Of a DNA stretch of 64,000 nucleotides, positions 11,850 to 25,769 are shown in pieces. The first letter of the stretch is position 1. Every line of letters begins with the position of its first letter. The notes below the pieces were generated by a model that worked only from the letters and a program-made list of their open reading frames with translations, was not told the DNA's origin and did not search any database. The position numbers and the translations under genes were made by a program. The DNA comes from Eledone cirrhosa (Eukaryota): contig OZ024749.1 in assembly GCA_964016885.1 (NCBI GenBank), positions 40,424,001 through 40,488,000 of the forward strand, written 5' to 3'.

Positions 11850-11930
11850 CTATTCCAGATAACACACAATGGAATTGAACCAGGATCGCTATGATTGCCA
11901 AATGGGGTTCTTAACCATTCGGCCATGCTT
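11850..11930 (-). mobile_element. tRNA-like head of a second SINE family (body probably continues at ~11400-11480 beyond the MITE)
   Basis: Reverse complement GCATGGCCGAATGGTTAAG...GGTTCAATTCC gives A and B boxes. A related plus-strand copy lies at ~12100-12300. Confidence 0.55.
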
Positions 11931-12012
11931 TGCGCCACATAAAATGGCATTTTTTATGAACTTTCTCAGGGAAAATCCTATTAAAGGTTTCACTCGGAGA
12001 TAATAGATCTTC

Positions 12013-12047
<35 letters not shown>

Positions 12048-12389
12048 TGTGTGTGTGTGTGTGTGTTTGTTATTTTTTACTTTTTTTCATGGTGGATAGG
12101 GCATGGCTGAATGGTCTTGGGCTCAATCCCTCAGCATGGTACCTTGAACAAGTGTCATTTACCGTAGTCTCAGGTCACAGTACGACTTTTGGATGATATT
12201 AGGTAGAGAGTAACTGTTCCGAAACCCGTTGGATTGGACTGTACCTGTAATTCAATGGTGGCAGTCTTGCCATACATTGTACCACATTGAATAAGCCTGA
12301 GAACTAAGTTTTTGTTTTTGTTTATTTTTCTTTGTTGTTTCGTTCGTTATCATCTCTCTCTCACTCTCTCTCTCTCTCTCACTCTCCCC

Positions 12390-12439
<50 letters not shown>

Positions 12440-12605
12440 CTCTCTTTTTTTCTCGTTCCTTATTCTCTGTATTTCCCAAGTCCTGTGTTATCTCCAATAA
12501 ACCCTCCATTATAAATTGTAATTATATCTCAATCTTGTAAAACAATATATACACACTATATGTATGTGGGTGGGTGGGTCGCGTGTATATATATGCATAT
12601 GTATA

Positions 12606-12682
<77 letters not shown>

Positions 12683-12959
12683 TATATACATATATATTTC
12701 TGTGTGTGTTCATATTTTCATGTAAATTTATATATTTGTATGTATCTACATTTGTATGTTTTATATATACATATATACATATATACATATATACATATAT
12801 ATTTATACATACACATACATCATATATATACATATATATATATGTATATATATATATATTATACATACATATATTATATACATATATATACATATATATA
12901 CATATATATATGTATATATATATGTATATATATATATATATATATATAAACATACACAC

Positions 12960-13020
<61 letters not shown>

Positions 13021-13081
13021 GCACTGATTCTCTGACAGACTAAATCAAAAGTGGCAACTGCAATATGAAGGGAAATTGTTT

Positions 13082-13138
<57 letters not shown>

Positions 13139-13399
13139 TTATCCTTCCACACATATCTTGTTAAAAAAGACCCCACTTAATAACGAAAGATTGTTAATTA
13201 TAATAACGGGGTGGATGGAATGTTCCGGTGGATGCGGTAGAAATATGAGAAAGACGTATCTGATTAACGGATTATCTATTCTTATAATCTCTTATTCTCT
13301 GTTCAACAAACACAACACTTGTCTCTGTCTTCCGTTGGAATTATTATAACGACAATACAAAGGCAACACATTGCGCTCGTTTGTATTGGTTGTTGTTAT

Positions 13400-14090
13400 T
13401 GGTGGTGCAATGGTGGTGGTGGTGGTGTTGGTGGTGGTGGTGGTTGGTGGTGGTGGTGGTGGTGGTGGTGGTGGTGGTGGTGGTGGTGTGGTGGTGGTGG
13501 TGGTGGTGGTGGTGGTGCAGTAGTGGTGGTGGTGGTGTTGGCGGTGGTGGTGGTGGTGGTGGTGGGTGGTGGTGGTGGTGGTGGTGGTGTGGTGGTGGTG
13601 GTGGTGGTGGTGGTGGTGGTGCAGTGGTGGTGGTGGTGGTGGTGTTGGCGGTGGTGATGGTGGTGGTGGTGGTGGTGGTGGTGGTGCAGTGGTGGTGGTG
13701 GTGGTGTTGGCGGTGGTGATGGTGGTGGTGGTGGTGGTGGTGGTGGTGTTGGCGGTGGTGATGGTGGTGGTGGTGGTGGTGGTGGTGTGGTGTGTTCTTC
13801 AAATGTAGTGGTGGGGGTAGTGGTGGTGGTGTTGGTGTTATTGCTGTTGTTCTTGTTGTTCTTGTGCTGTAGTGGTTGTTATTGGTGGCGATGGTGGTGA
13901 TGGTGATGGTGGTGATGGTGGTGGTAGTGGTGGTGGTGGTGGTGGTGGCTTCGGTGGTGGTGATGTTGGTGGTATTGAGATGTAGTGGTGTGGGGTAGTG
14001 TTGTTGTTGTTGTTGTGGTTGTGCTAATGGCGGTGGTGGTGGTGGTGGTGGTGGTGGTGGTGGTGGTGGTGGTGGTGGTGATGGCGGCGG
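13400..14090. repeat. (GGT)n trinucleotide array
   Basis: Direct reading. Confidence 0.95.
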
Positions 14091-14327
14091 CGACTCTGAT
14101 GAAGCAGATACACTCACTATCCACTAACATAACAAGCAGTAGAATAGATACCAAGAGAGGGAGAGGAGGGAGAGGGAAGGGGAGGGGGAGGGTTAGAGAG
14201 GTGAGACGAAGAACAGAAATTAAAATATAAAAACATAAATATATTTCCAAGTAATAAACATCTCGTTTGACAGAAGTAAATGTAGAGATTCTTGTTTATG
14301 TAAGCAACATTGTAATATAATATATCT

Positions 14328-15310
14328 TAAATGTCGTGGGAACTGTCCGTTGTTTAATAATGGTCATTGGATGTCGTGGGAACTGTCCTTGTTTAATAAT
14401 GGTCATTGGATGTCGTGGAATTGTCCATTGTTTAATATTGGTCATTGGATGTCGTGGGAACTGTCCTTGTTTAATTAATGGTCATTGGATGTCGTGGGAA
14501 TTGTCTGTTGTTTAATATTGATCATTGGATGTCGTGGGAATTGTCCGTTGTTTAATATTGGTCATTGGATGTCGTGGGAACTGTCCTTGTTTAATAATGG
14601 TCAATTGAATGTCGTGGGAATTGTCCGTTGTTTAATATTGGTCATTGGATGTCGTGGGGAATTGTCCATTGTTTAATATTGGTCATTGGATGTCGTGGGA
14701 ACTGTCCTTGTTTAATAATGGTCATTGGATGTCGTTGGAATTGTCTGTTGTTTAATATTGGTCATTGGATGTCGTGGGAATTGTCCGTTGTTTAATATTG
14801 GTCATTGGATGTCGTGGGAACTGTCCTTGCTTAATAATGGTCATTGAATGTCGTGGGAATTGTCCGTTGTTTAATATTGGTCATTGGATGTCGTGGGAAT
14901 TGTCCATTGTTTAATATTGTCATTGGATGTCGTGGGAACTGTCCTTGTTTAATAATGGTCATTGAATGTCGTGGGAATTGTCCGTTGTTTAATATTGGTC
15001 ATTGGATGTCGTGGGAATTGTCCATTGTTTAATATTGGTCATTGGATGTCGTGGGAACTGTCCTTGTTTAATAATGGTCATTGAATATCGTGGGAATTGT
15101 CTGTTGTTTAATATTGGTCATTGGATGTCGTGGGAATTGTCCGTTGTTTAATATTGGTCATTGGATGTCGTGGGAAATGTCCGTTGTTTAATATTGGTCA
15201 TTGAATGTCGTGGGAATTGTCCGTTGTTTAATAATGGTCATTGGATGTCGTGGGAATTGTCCGTTGTTTAATAATGGTCATTGAATGTCGTGGGAATTGT
15301 CCGTTGTTTA
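14328..15310. repeat. 39/40-bp minisatellite, ~25 units
   Basis: Consensus GTCATTGGATGTCGTGGGAATTGTCCGTTGTTTAATATTG with recurring variants. Confidence 0.95.
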
Positions 15311-15372
15311 AGTGAACAAATATACATATCACACACACACACATATATATATTTATACATATATAATATATA

Positions 15373-15427
<55 letters not shown>

Positions 15428-15500
15428 AAAAAGTGAACGGAAACAACAATGCAAAGAACAGCACAATATTATTGTAACGCTAGATATTGTAGAAAAAATG

Positions 15501-15536
15501 TCTTTACGTTTCGGACACTAGTTCTTCATCAGAAGA
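15501..15536 (-). ncRNA. Minimal type-I hammerhead ribozyme motif (family A), inside a ~15425-15637 element
   Basis: TCTT-CTGATGA-A-GAAC-TAGT-GTCC-GAAAC-GTA-AAGA; stem I TCTT/AAGA; stem III palindrome ACGT. Homologue at 50162. Confidence 0.8.
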
Positions 15537-15636
15537 TAAAATGAGAAATAAAAAATGAAATAGAAAGATGTAGAATGAGTGAGAAGTGGAAGGAACGGAA
15601 AATGTTTTTTGAGAAAAAGCACGTGTGTATTTAGTC

Positions 15637-15683
<47 letters not shown>

Positions 15684-15709
15684 CTATCTAACCACATTTC
15701 TTTCTCTCT

Positions 15710-15758
<49 letters not shown>

Positions 15759-15890
15759 GTGTCCGTCGAACCTGCGGATCCAGAGTCAGACAGATCCACA
15801 CAATATTCGCGTCGCGAGCTGTCCGCGCCGCCGAAACAATTGTAACACACAATAAATTGAGTTCAGATGCATCACTGATTTTTCGTTTTA

Positions 15891-15957
<67 letters not shown>

Positions 15958-15959
<2 letters not shown>

Positions 15960-16130
15960 ACGAAGGATGTGTGGTAAGGAACCAGATGGACCATAACGCA
16001 CCAGAGTACTCAATACTTACGGTAGTGCGTAATAGGAAAATATTTGACCCCGACTGCAGAGCTCAAACCGTTTCGACGGCTATTTCTGGACGCAGAAACG
16101 GCTTGGGCTCTGCCGTCGGGGTCAAACATT
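15958..16130 (-). mobile_element. Fold-back element (family L)
   Basis: Homologous to 7267-7465, with the same fold-back axis (TTTCTGGAC). Confidence 0.7.
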
Positions 16131-16184
16131 TTCCTATATATATATATACATATAGAGAGAGAGAGAGAGAGAGGGGGGGGAGAG

Positions 16185-16229
<45 letters not shown>

Positions 16230-16748
16230 TGGGTAGATAGATTTTTTTTTTTTTTTGACTATCAAAGGTCTTACAATAATTATTGTTGTTGTTAGTGTGT
16301 TTGTAGTTCTTTTCTTCCTCTTTTTCCAGTTGAAGAGGATAAATATTATATTTCGCCATTTCAATGAGAAACAAAAAAAAAAATCTATGTTGTTTTTCAA
16401 GTAGAAAGACAAACCTTAACAAAAGGTTAACAGTTTTAGACAAACATGGCGGTGTTTAAATTGGATATTCTTGAAGGCAAATGTACTCATATATACCTTC
16501 CCACGCCTCTCCTCTACTTCCAGGACATTTGAAATTACATGTAATACAAAAACAAGAATGAAAGAAGGAGGAAAGTATGGAAAGAGAATGGAGGAAAGAG
16601 TGAGATCGAAAAGTTATTCTGGAAGTCTTTGGTAAATGTATCGGGAAAATTTCTATCTAAATCAATGGGCATAGGTAAGGATTGACACGGATACTTAATT
16701 GAAGATAGCGAGTTTGACGTTTACGCCATGTTCTGATGAGCGAATACT

Positions 16749-17019
16749 GAAGAAGAAGAAGAAGAAGAAGAAGAAGAAGAAGAAGAAGAAGAAGAAGAAG
16801 AAGAAGAAGAAGAAGAAGAAGAAGAAGAAGAAGAAGAAGAAGAAGAAGAAGAAGAAGAAGAAGAAGAAGAAGAAGAAGAAGAAGAAGAAGAAGAAAGTAG
16901 TAGTAGTAGTAGTAGTAGAAGAAGAAGAAGAAGAAGAAGAAGAAGAAGAAGAAGAAGAAGAAGAAGAAGAAGAAGAAGAAGAAGAAGAAGAAGAAGAAGA
17001 AGAAGAAGAAGAAGAAGAG

Positions 17020-17049
<30 letters not shown>
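16749..17049. repeat. (GAA)n array with a (GTA)n interruption
   Basis: Direct reading. Confidence 0.95.
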
Positions 17050-17051
<2 letters not shown>

Positions 17052-17198
17052 TGTAGAAGGAAGTTTTCACTCCAGTCGTTCTTCGCCCTGCTCGCCTTGG
17101 CGTCTGTCGTTCGTTCCAGTCGTCATACATACAAAAAATACTTCATTTTACCTACACAAACGAAATTTTATTTATCTTCTCGTATATATATATATAAT

Positions 17199-17294
<96 letters not shown>

Positions 17295-17392
17295 ATATAT
17301 GTTTAATTAAAAACATTTAGAAGACCACTCGCTATGAATTTTATGGTAGTGACTATGTCACTTACCTATTCTCGGCCAAAACAACAGAGAAC

Positions 17393-17438
17393 GGCCGACA
17401 GACAGTCTGTTTCTCGCTTGTGAGCGTTTATCAAGACC
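17393..17438 (-). ncRNA. Hammerhead motif with U3-A8 core variant (family K)
   Basis: GGTC-TTGATAA-A-CGCT-CACA-AGCG-A-GAA-ACAGAC-T-GTCTGT-C-GGCC; GUC cleavage triplet; all three stems present. Confidence 0.65.
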
Positions 17439-17588
17439 ACACACTCAGTTGCCTTTGCCGAGAATTATAGAGGCTGGATTCTTATAGAATTCCAGTAATA
17501 ATCAGGAACCTGATTAAACAGAGCGATTGCCGGCAATACTATTATATATATGTGTGTGCGTGTGTGTGTGTGTGTGTGCGTGTGCGTG

Positions 17589-17693
<105 letters not shown>

Positions 17694-18136
17694 AATTATT
17701 AACTCATTATATCAGATTGGTTCATCGTGTACAGGTATGTACACGTCTCTCATATGTATCGAAACGATTGTAGATAGTTATGATGGATTTGATTTAAAAA
17801 CCTTCGTTTTCTTCAATATATATATATGTATGTGGGTGTGTATGTGTGTATATCTATCTGTATGCATATGTATGTGTATTTAGTGTATATATATATATAT
17901 ATATAACTAATTTCTAATTAGTTGTAGATCACCCTTCTTGAATAAATTCCTCGATTAGACGAGATAAGATGTCTCGTTCAAATGTTCAAATGTATCTAGT
18001 TACCACATACAGGCACACACACACACACACACACACACGCGCACGCACACACACACACACACGCACACACATACATATATATATGTAGATATATATACAT
18101 GTGTATGTGTGCTGTGTATAGATAGAGAGAGAGAGA

Positions 18137-18179
<43 letters not shown>

Positions 18180-18222
18180 TGTCAGTGAAAGGGGGAGAAA
18201 GAAAAAGACATGATAGACTTAG

Positions 18223-18309
<87 letters not shown>

Positions 18310-18325
18310 TTTGTGTGTGTGTGTG

Positions 18326-18428
<103 letters not shown>

Positions 18429-19019
18429 TGCGTGTGTGTGTGTGAGTAAGTGCGAATGTTCATCAAGTAAGATCACTAAATTTATCGATGAAGAAGTAAG
18501 AAAAAATAATAGCTCAGCTATTTTTTTTTATCATTATTCTTCTTTATTAGGCATTTTTTTATCTCTTTATTGATTTATTGATTTGACGAGTTATTCTTTT
18601 CTTATTTTCTTATTTTCAGCTGAAAAAAAATTACAAAAAATGCAAAAAACCACAAAAATAACAACACTACAATACATAAAATCTACAATGAATACAACAA
18701 CAGTAAAAGAAAATAACAAAAGCAAGGTATCAAACCAGCAATAAAGTATAAAATCAACAAAACTGTACAAAACCGATAACAACAACATTGTATGAAAGCA
18801 AAGCACAAGACGAAAGCATGAAAGAAGTTAAAAAATTATATACTGTGAAACCGCAATGAACCCAAAATGGCGGAAAACAAGATATAAATTACAGACACAC
18901 ATATATATATTTGTGTGGGTGTGACAGGGAGAGAAAGTGTGTGCGTATATATATACGTATATATATATATATAATACATATATATATATACATATATATA
19001 TATACATTTATATATACAT

Positions 19020-19140
<121 letters not shown>

Positions 19141-19158
19141 TATATATATATATATATA

Positions 19159-19196
<38 letters not shown>

Positions 19197-19240
19197 TATA
19201 CATATGTATATATCTATGTATATGTGTATGTGTATGTGTA

Positions 19241-19331
<91 letters not shown>

Positions 19332-19811
19332 GTCGAAGGAAGATGTACAAGACAATGCTAAAATTACTATTGTCGGATAGAGTTCTTCCCGAAAAAAAAA
19401 TGTCGTCTGCAAAGGAACATTGCCATGTATGTGGTGTGGTGTGGTGTGGTGTGGTGTGGTGTGGTGTGGTGTGGTGTGGTGTGGTATGGTGTGGTGTGGT
19501 GTGATGTGGTGTGGTGTGGTGTAATGTGGTGTGGTATGGTGTGGTGTGGTATGGTGTGATGTCGTGTGGTGTCGTGTGGTGTGGTGTCGTGTGGTGTGGT
19601 GTGGTGCCGTGTGGTGTGGTGTGGTGTGGTGTGGTGGGGTGGGGCAGGGTGTGGTGTGGTGTGGTGTGGTGTGGTGTGGTGTGGTGTGGTGTGGTGTGGT
19701 GTGGTGTGGTGTATGTTTGTGTGTTAGATATCGTTGTATTGTGATTGGTCTACATAGAATTTGTCGAACAAGTGTATTACTCTCTCTGCATATCTATATA
19801 TCTATAACATG

Positions 19812-19842
<31 letters not shown>

Positions 19843-19878
19843 ATACATATATAAATCTATATATATAAACATATATAT

Positions 19879-19917
<39 letters not shown>

Positions 19918-19989
19918 AAGAGAGAGATAGAAATAGATTTTATCATTGACTTGTACATCTTCCTTGGACGTATCTATACATATATATTT

Positions 19990-22140
19990 TTGTGTCTGTG
20001 TCTGTGTCTGTGTCTGTCTGTGTCTGTGTCTGTGTCTGTGTCTGTGTCTATGTCTGTCTGTCTGTGTCTGTGTCTGTGTGTCTGTCTGTGTCTGTCTGTG
20101 TCTGTGTCTGTGTCTGTGTCTGTGTCTGTGTCTGTGTCTCTGTCTCTGTCTCTGTCACTCTCTCTGTGTCTGGGTCTGTCTGTGTCTGTGTCTGTGTCTG
20201 TGTCTGTGTCTGTGTCTGTGTCTGTGTCTCTGTATCTGTCTCTGTCTGTGTCTGTGTCTGTGTCTCTGTCTCTGTCTGTCTCTGGGTATGTCTGTGTCTG
20301 TATCTGGGTCTGTCTGTGTCTGTGTCTGTGTCTGTCTGTGTCTGTGTCTCTGTCTCTGTCTCTGTCTCTGTCTGTCTGTGTCTGTGTCTGGGTCTGTCTG
20401 TGTCTCTGTCTGTGTCTGTCTCTGGGTCTGTCTGTGTCTGTGTCTGTGTCTGTCTGTGTCTGTGTCTGTGTCTGTGTCTGTGTCTGTGTCTGTGTCTGTG
20501 TCTGTCTCTGTGTCTCTGTCTGTGTCTGTCTCTGGGTCTGTCTGTGTCTGTGTCTGTGTCTGTCTGTGTCTGTGTCTGTGTCTGTGTCTCTGTCTCTCTC
20601 TTTCTGTCTGTGTCTCTGTCTCTGTCTGTGTCTCTGTCTCTCTCTCTGTCTGTGTCAGTGTCTGTGTCTGTGTCTGTGTCTGTGTCTCTGTCTCTCTCTC
20701 TGTCTGTGTCTGTGTCTGTGTCTGTGTCTGTGTCTGTGTCTCTGTCACTCTCTCTGTCTGTGTCTGTGTCTGTGTCTGTGTCTGTGTCTCTGTCTGTGTC
20801 TGTGTCTCTGTCACTCTCTCTGTCTGTGTCTGTGTCTGTGTCTGTGTCTGTCTCTGTGTCTCTGTCTCTGTCTGTGTCTCTGTCTGTGTCTGTGTCTGTG
20901 TCTGTGTCTCTGTCTCTGTCTGTGTCTGTCTCTGTGTCTCTGTCTCTGTCTGTGTCTCTGTCTGTGTCTCTGTCTGTGTCTGTCTCTGTGTCTCTGTCTC
21001 TGTCTGTCTCTGGGTCTGTCTGTGTCTGTGTCTATGTCTGTGTCTGTGTCTGTGTCTGTGTCTGTGTCTGTGTCTGTCTCTGTGTCTCTGTCTGTGTCTG
21101 TCTCTGGTCTGTCTGTGTCTGTGTCTCTGTCTCTGTCTCTGTCTGTGTCTGTGTCTGTGTCTGTGTCTGTGTCTGTGTCTGTGTCTGTCTCTGTCTCTGT
21201 CTCTCTGTCTGTGTCTGTGTCTGTGTCTGTGTCTGTGTCTGTGTCTGTGTCTGTGTCTGTGTCTCTGTCTGTGTCTCTGTCTGGGTCTGTCTGTGTCTGT
21301 GTCTGTGTCTGTGTCTGTGTCTGTGTCTGTGTCTGTCTCTGTCTCTGTCTCTGTCTGTGTCTGTCTCTGGGTCTGTCTGTGTCTGTGTCTCTGTCTGTGT
21401 CTCTGTCTGTATCTGTGTCTGTGTCTGTGTCTGTGTCTCTGTCTGTGTCTCTGTCTGTGTCTCTGTCTGGGTCGGTCTGTGTCTGTGTCTGTGTCTGTGT
21501 CTGTGTCTGTGTCTGTGTCTGTGTCTGTGTCTGTTTCTGTCTCTGTCTGTGCCTGTCTCTGGGTCTGTCTGTGTCTGTGTCTGTGTCTGTGTCTGTGTCT
21601 GTGTCTGTGTCTGTCTCTGTCTCTGTCTGTGTCTGTCTCTGGGTCTGTCTGTGTCTGTGTCTGTGTCTCTGTGTCTGTGTCTGTGTCTGTGTCTGTGTCT
21701 GTGTCTGTCTCTGTCTCTGTCTGTGTCTGTCTCTGGGTCTGTCTGTGTCTGTGTCTCTGTCTGTGTCTGTGTCTGTGTCTGTGTCTGTGTCTGTGTCTCT
21801 GTCTCTGTCTCTGTCTCTGTCTGGGTCTGTCTGTGTCTGTGTCTGTGTCTGTGTCTGTGTCTGTGTGTGTGTCTGTCTCTGGGTCTGTCTGTCTCTGGGT
21901 CTGTCTGTGTCTGTGTCTGTCTGTGTCTGTGTCTGTGTCTCTGTCTGTGTCTGTCTCTGGGTCTGTCTGTGTCTGTGTCTGTCTGTGTCTGTGTCTCTGT
22001 CTCTGTCTGTGTCTGTGTCTGTGTCTGTCTGTGTCTGTGTCTGTGTCTGTCTCTGTGTCTCTGTCTGTGTCTGTCTCTGTGTCTGTGTCTGTCTGTGTCT
22101 GTGTCTGTCTGTGTCTGGGTCTGTCTGTGTGTGTCTGCCG
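19990..22140. repeat. Compound (TGTC)/(TGTGTC)/(TC) microsatellite, ~2.15 kb
   Basis: Direct reading; accounts for the ~700-aa ORFs in four frames. Confidence 0.95.
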
Positions 22141-22406
22141 TCTAGAAATACCCAGAACTAACCAGTGACGTGGGTGAAGAACATGAAGAAAAATAATACA
22201 ACGAATACATAAATTGAAAATAAAAAAAAACGAATCGATCAATGAAGATTGGATGATAGTAAAGATCGATTAGGTTTCGAACAGACACTTAGACAATCAC
22301 AAACAATAGTGTCACGGAGTACATCGTCATGGCGTCAATGTTTTCTTTGAGGGTGTCTGAGATATGTCGGTGGTGATGGCAGGTAGCACTATATATATAT
22401 ATGTGT

Positions 22407-22454
<48 letters not shown>

Positions 22455-22518
22455 TTGTGTGTATGTGTGTATATATATATATATATATATTATATATGTG
22501 TGTGTATGTATGTGTGTG

Positions 22519-22551
<33 letters not shown>

Positions 22552-22568
22552 GCATGTATATGTATAAA

Positions 22569-22648
<80 letters not shown>

Positions 22649-22771
22649 CATATATATAGGCATATATATATATGCATATATGTGTGTGTGTGTACATCGT
22701 CATATGCATATATATATATGTATATATTTATATACACACACACGCACACACATATATATATATATACATAT

Positions 22772-22849
<78 letters not shown>

Positions 22850-23157
22850 CGCTGCTCTCGGAGACTGCAGATAAAACAATTAGATGACACCACCTTTATA
22901 AGCATCTTGTAAAGTACACTTTTTCACTGATTAAACAACATATAAAACCAAAGTCTTATCTAACAATATCAATATCACATGCTACAAGCTACCTAACATC
23001 TATCTCAATGGACGGCGACATAAACGCTGCCTGCTAAATATAGAAATAGTTCGTGGATCATGCACCACCCTATGTTACACCTTAGGCTCGCAAATCTAAT
23101 TTATTTTCCAATTGAAATTGCAGGCTGGTTAACTCTTCGGAGGACGAGATAGATAGA

Positions 23158-24486
23158 CATAATTGTTTCTACTTTAGGCACAAGGCCAGCAATTACCCAG
23201 TGCATTACTGGTGCTTTATTTTATCATAATAATTGTTTCTACTTTAGGCACAAGGCCAGCAATTACCCAGTGCATTACTGGTACTTTATTTTATCATAAT
23301 AATTGTTTCTACTTTAGGCACAAGGCCAGCAATTACCCAGTGCATTACTGGTGCTTTATTTTATCATAATAATGGTTTCTACTTTAGGCACAAGGCCAGC
23401 AATTACCCAGTGCATTACTGGTACTTTATTTTATCATAATAATTGTTTCTACTTTAGGCACAAGGCCAGCAATTACCCAGTGCATTACTGGTACTTTATT
23501 TTATCATAATAATGGTTTCTACTTTAGGCACAAGGCCAGCAATTACCCAGTGCATTACTGGTACTTTATTTTATCATAATAATGGTTTCTACTTTAGGCA
23601 CAAGGCCAGCAATTACCCAGTGCATTACTGGTACTTTATTTTATCATAATAATTGTTTCTACTTTAGGCACAAGGCCAGCAATTACCCAGTGCATTACTG
23701 GTACTTTATTTTATCATAATAATTGTTTCTACTTTAGGCACAAGGCCAGCAATTACCCAGTGCATTACTGGTACTTTATTTTATCATAATAATTGTTTCT
23801 ACTTTAGGCACAAGGCCAGCAATTACCCAGTGCATTACTGGTACTTTATTTTATCATAATAATTGTTTCTACTTTAGGCACAAGGCCAGCAATTACCCAG
23901 TGCATTACTGGTACTTTATTTTATCATAATAATGGTTTCTACTTTAGGCACAAGGCCAGCAATTACCCAGTGCATTACTGGTACTTTATTTTATCATAAT
24001 AATTGTTTCTACTTTAGGCACAAGGCCAGCAATTACCCAGTGCATTACTGGTACTTTATTTTATCATAATAAATTGTTTCTACTTTAGGCACAAGGCCAG
24101 CAATTACCCAGTGCATTACTGGTACTTTATTTTATCATAATAATTGTTTCTACTTTAGGCACAAGGCCAGCAATTACCCAGTGCATTACTGGTACTTTAT
24201 TTTATCATAATAATTGTTTCTACTTTAGGCACAAGGCCAGCAATTACCCAGTGCATTACTGGTACTTTATTTTATCATAATAATTGTTTCTACTTTAGGC
24301 ACAAGGCCAGCAAATACCCAGTGCATTACTGGTACTTTATTTTATCATAATAATTGTTTCTACTTTAGGCACAAGGCCAGCAATTACCCAGTGCATTACT
24401 GGTACTTTATTTTATCATAATAATGGTTTCTACTTTAGGCACAAGGCCAGCAATTACCCAGTGCATTACTGGTACTTTATTTTATC
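23158..24486 (-). repeat. 70-bp tandem array (~19 units) made of the SINE 3' end
   Basis: Period 70 (23161, 23231, 23301...). Each unit is the reverse complement of GATAAAATAAAGTACCAG...AAGTAGAAACAATTATTAT. Confidence 0.95.
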
Positions 24487-24608
24487 GACCCCGTAAGGAT
24501 GAAAGGCAAAGTCAACCTCGGCGGGATTTGAACTCAGATCGCAAAGGGACGTAACTATGCTGGAAAGCATGGCGTCCGACCCTCTACCGATACTGCCAAT
24601 CCACCGCC
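24417..24608 (-). mobile_element. Full-length tRNA-derived SINE heading the 70-bp array
   Basis: Nearly identical to 42302-42492. Confidence 0.9.
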
Positions 24609-24718
24609 TAGATAGATAGACATAATAAAACAAAAGACGTAAACTCAACACAGGCATTCACAAACACGCACACACACACACACGCACACGCGCACACACA
24701 CCATCCGTCAACATACTT

Positions 24719-24820
<102 letters not shown>

Positions 24821-24821
24821 T

Positions 24822-24902
<81 letters not shown>

Positions 24903-24950
24903 CTGTCTATCTTTACAAAATAGCCCCCTGTGTATAATTGTTTCATTGTC

Positions 24951-24999
<49 letters not shown>

Positions 25000-25078
25000 T
25001 GTCTTTTTAAAACTTGAAGTATATATATACTTTATATATAGGAAAATATATATGTATATATATATATAAATAGGTATG

Positions 25079-25144
<66 letters not shown>

Positions 25145-25160
25145 CATACCTATTTATATA

Positions 25161-25197
<37 letters not shown>

Positions 25198-25222
25198 GTA
25201 TGTATATATAGAAATATGTATG

Positions 25223-25261
<39 letters not shown>

Positions 25262-25282
25262 ATATAGAAATATTTATGTATG

Positions 25283-25380
<98 letters not shown>

Positions 25381-25411
25381 AATATGTATGTGTATATATA
25401 TATATATATGT

Positions 25412-25487
<76 letters not shown>

Positions 25488-25629
25488 CGCGTGTGTGTGC
25501 GTGTGTGTGCGTGTGTGTGTGTGCGTGTGTGTGTGAATGTACGTATAGTATATTTGATAATATACTGTATGTTTATTCATATATATAAAGTGACAATAAG
25601 AATTGCAACTTTTTGTAAATTTTATTACT

Positions 25630-25712
25630 TATTACAATTTGTTTCCATATCGATCAACTCGGGTTTGCTCATGTGATCGGATCCCGACATTTAATCGATA
25701 CTTCTTCAGATA
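25630..25712 (-). ncRNA. Hammerhead motif with extended stem II (family I)
   Basis: TAT-CTGAAGA-AG-TATCGATTAA..TCGGG..CCCGA..TTGATCGATA-TG-GAAAC-AAATT-GTA-ATA; closing pair of stem II is mismatched. Confidence 0.6.
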
Positions 25713-25769
25713 TGAGAGTTTACAGAGGTACAATTCTTTTCAATTCATCACCTTTAAAGAAATAATGAT

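Noticed and set aside
16731-16752. CTGATGAG motif
   Set aside because: No stem II, GAAA or stem III follows; it runs straight into (GAA)n.
19946-22242. ~700-aa Cys/Val/Ser or Arg/His ORFs
   Set aside because: Simple repeat lacking stop codons in several frames.
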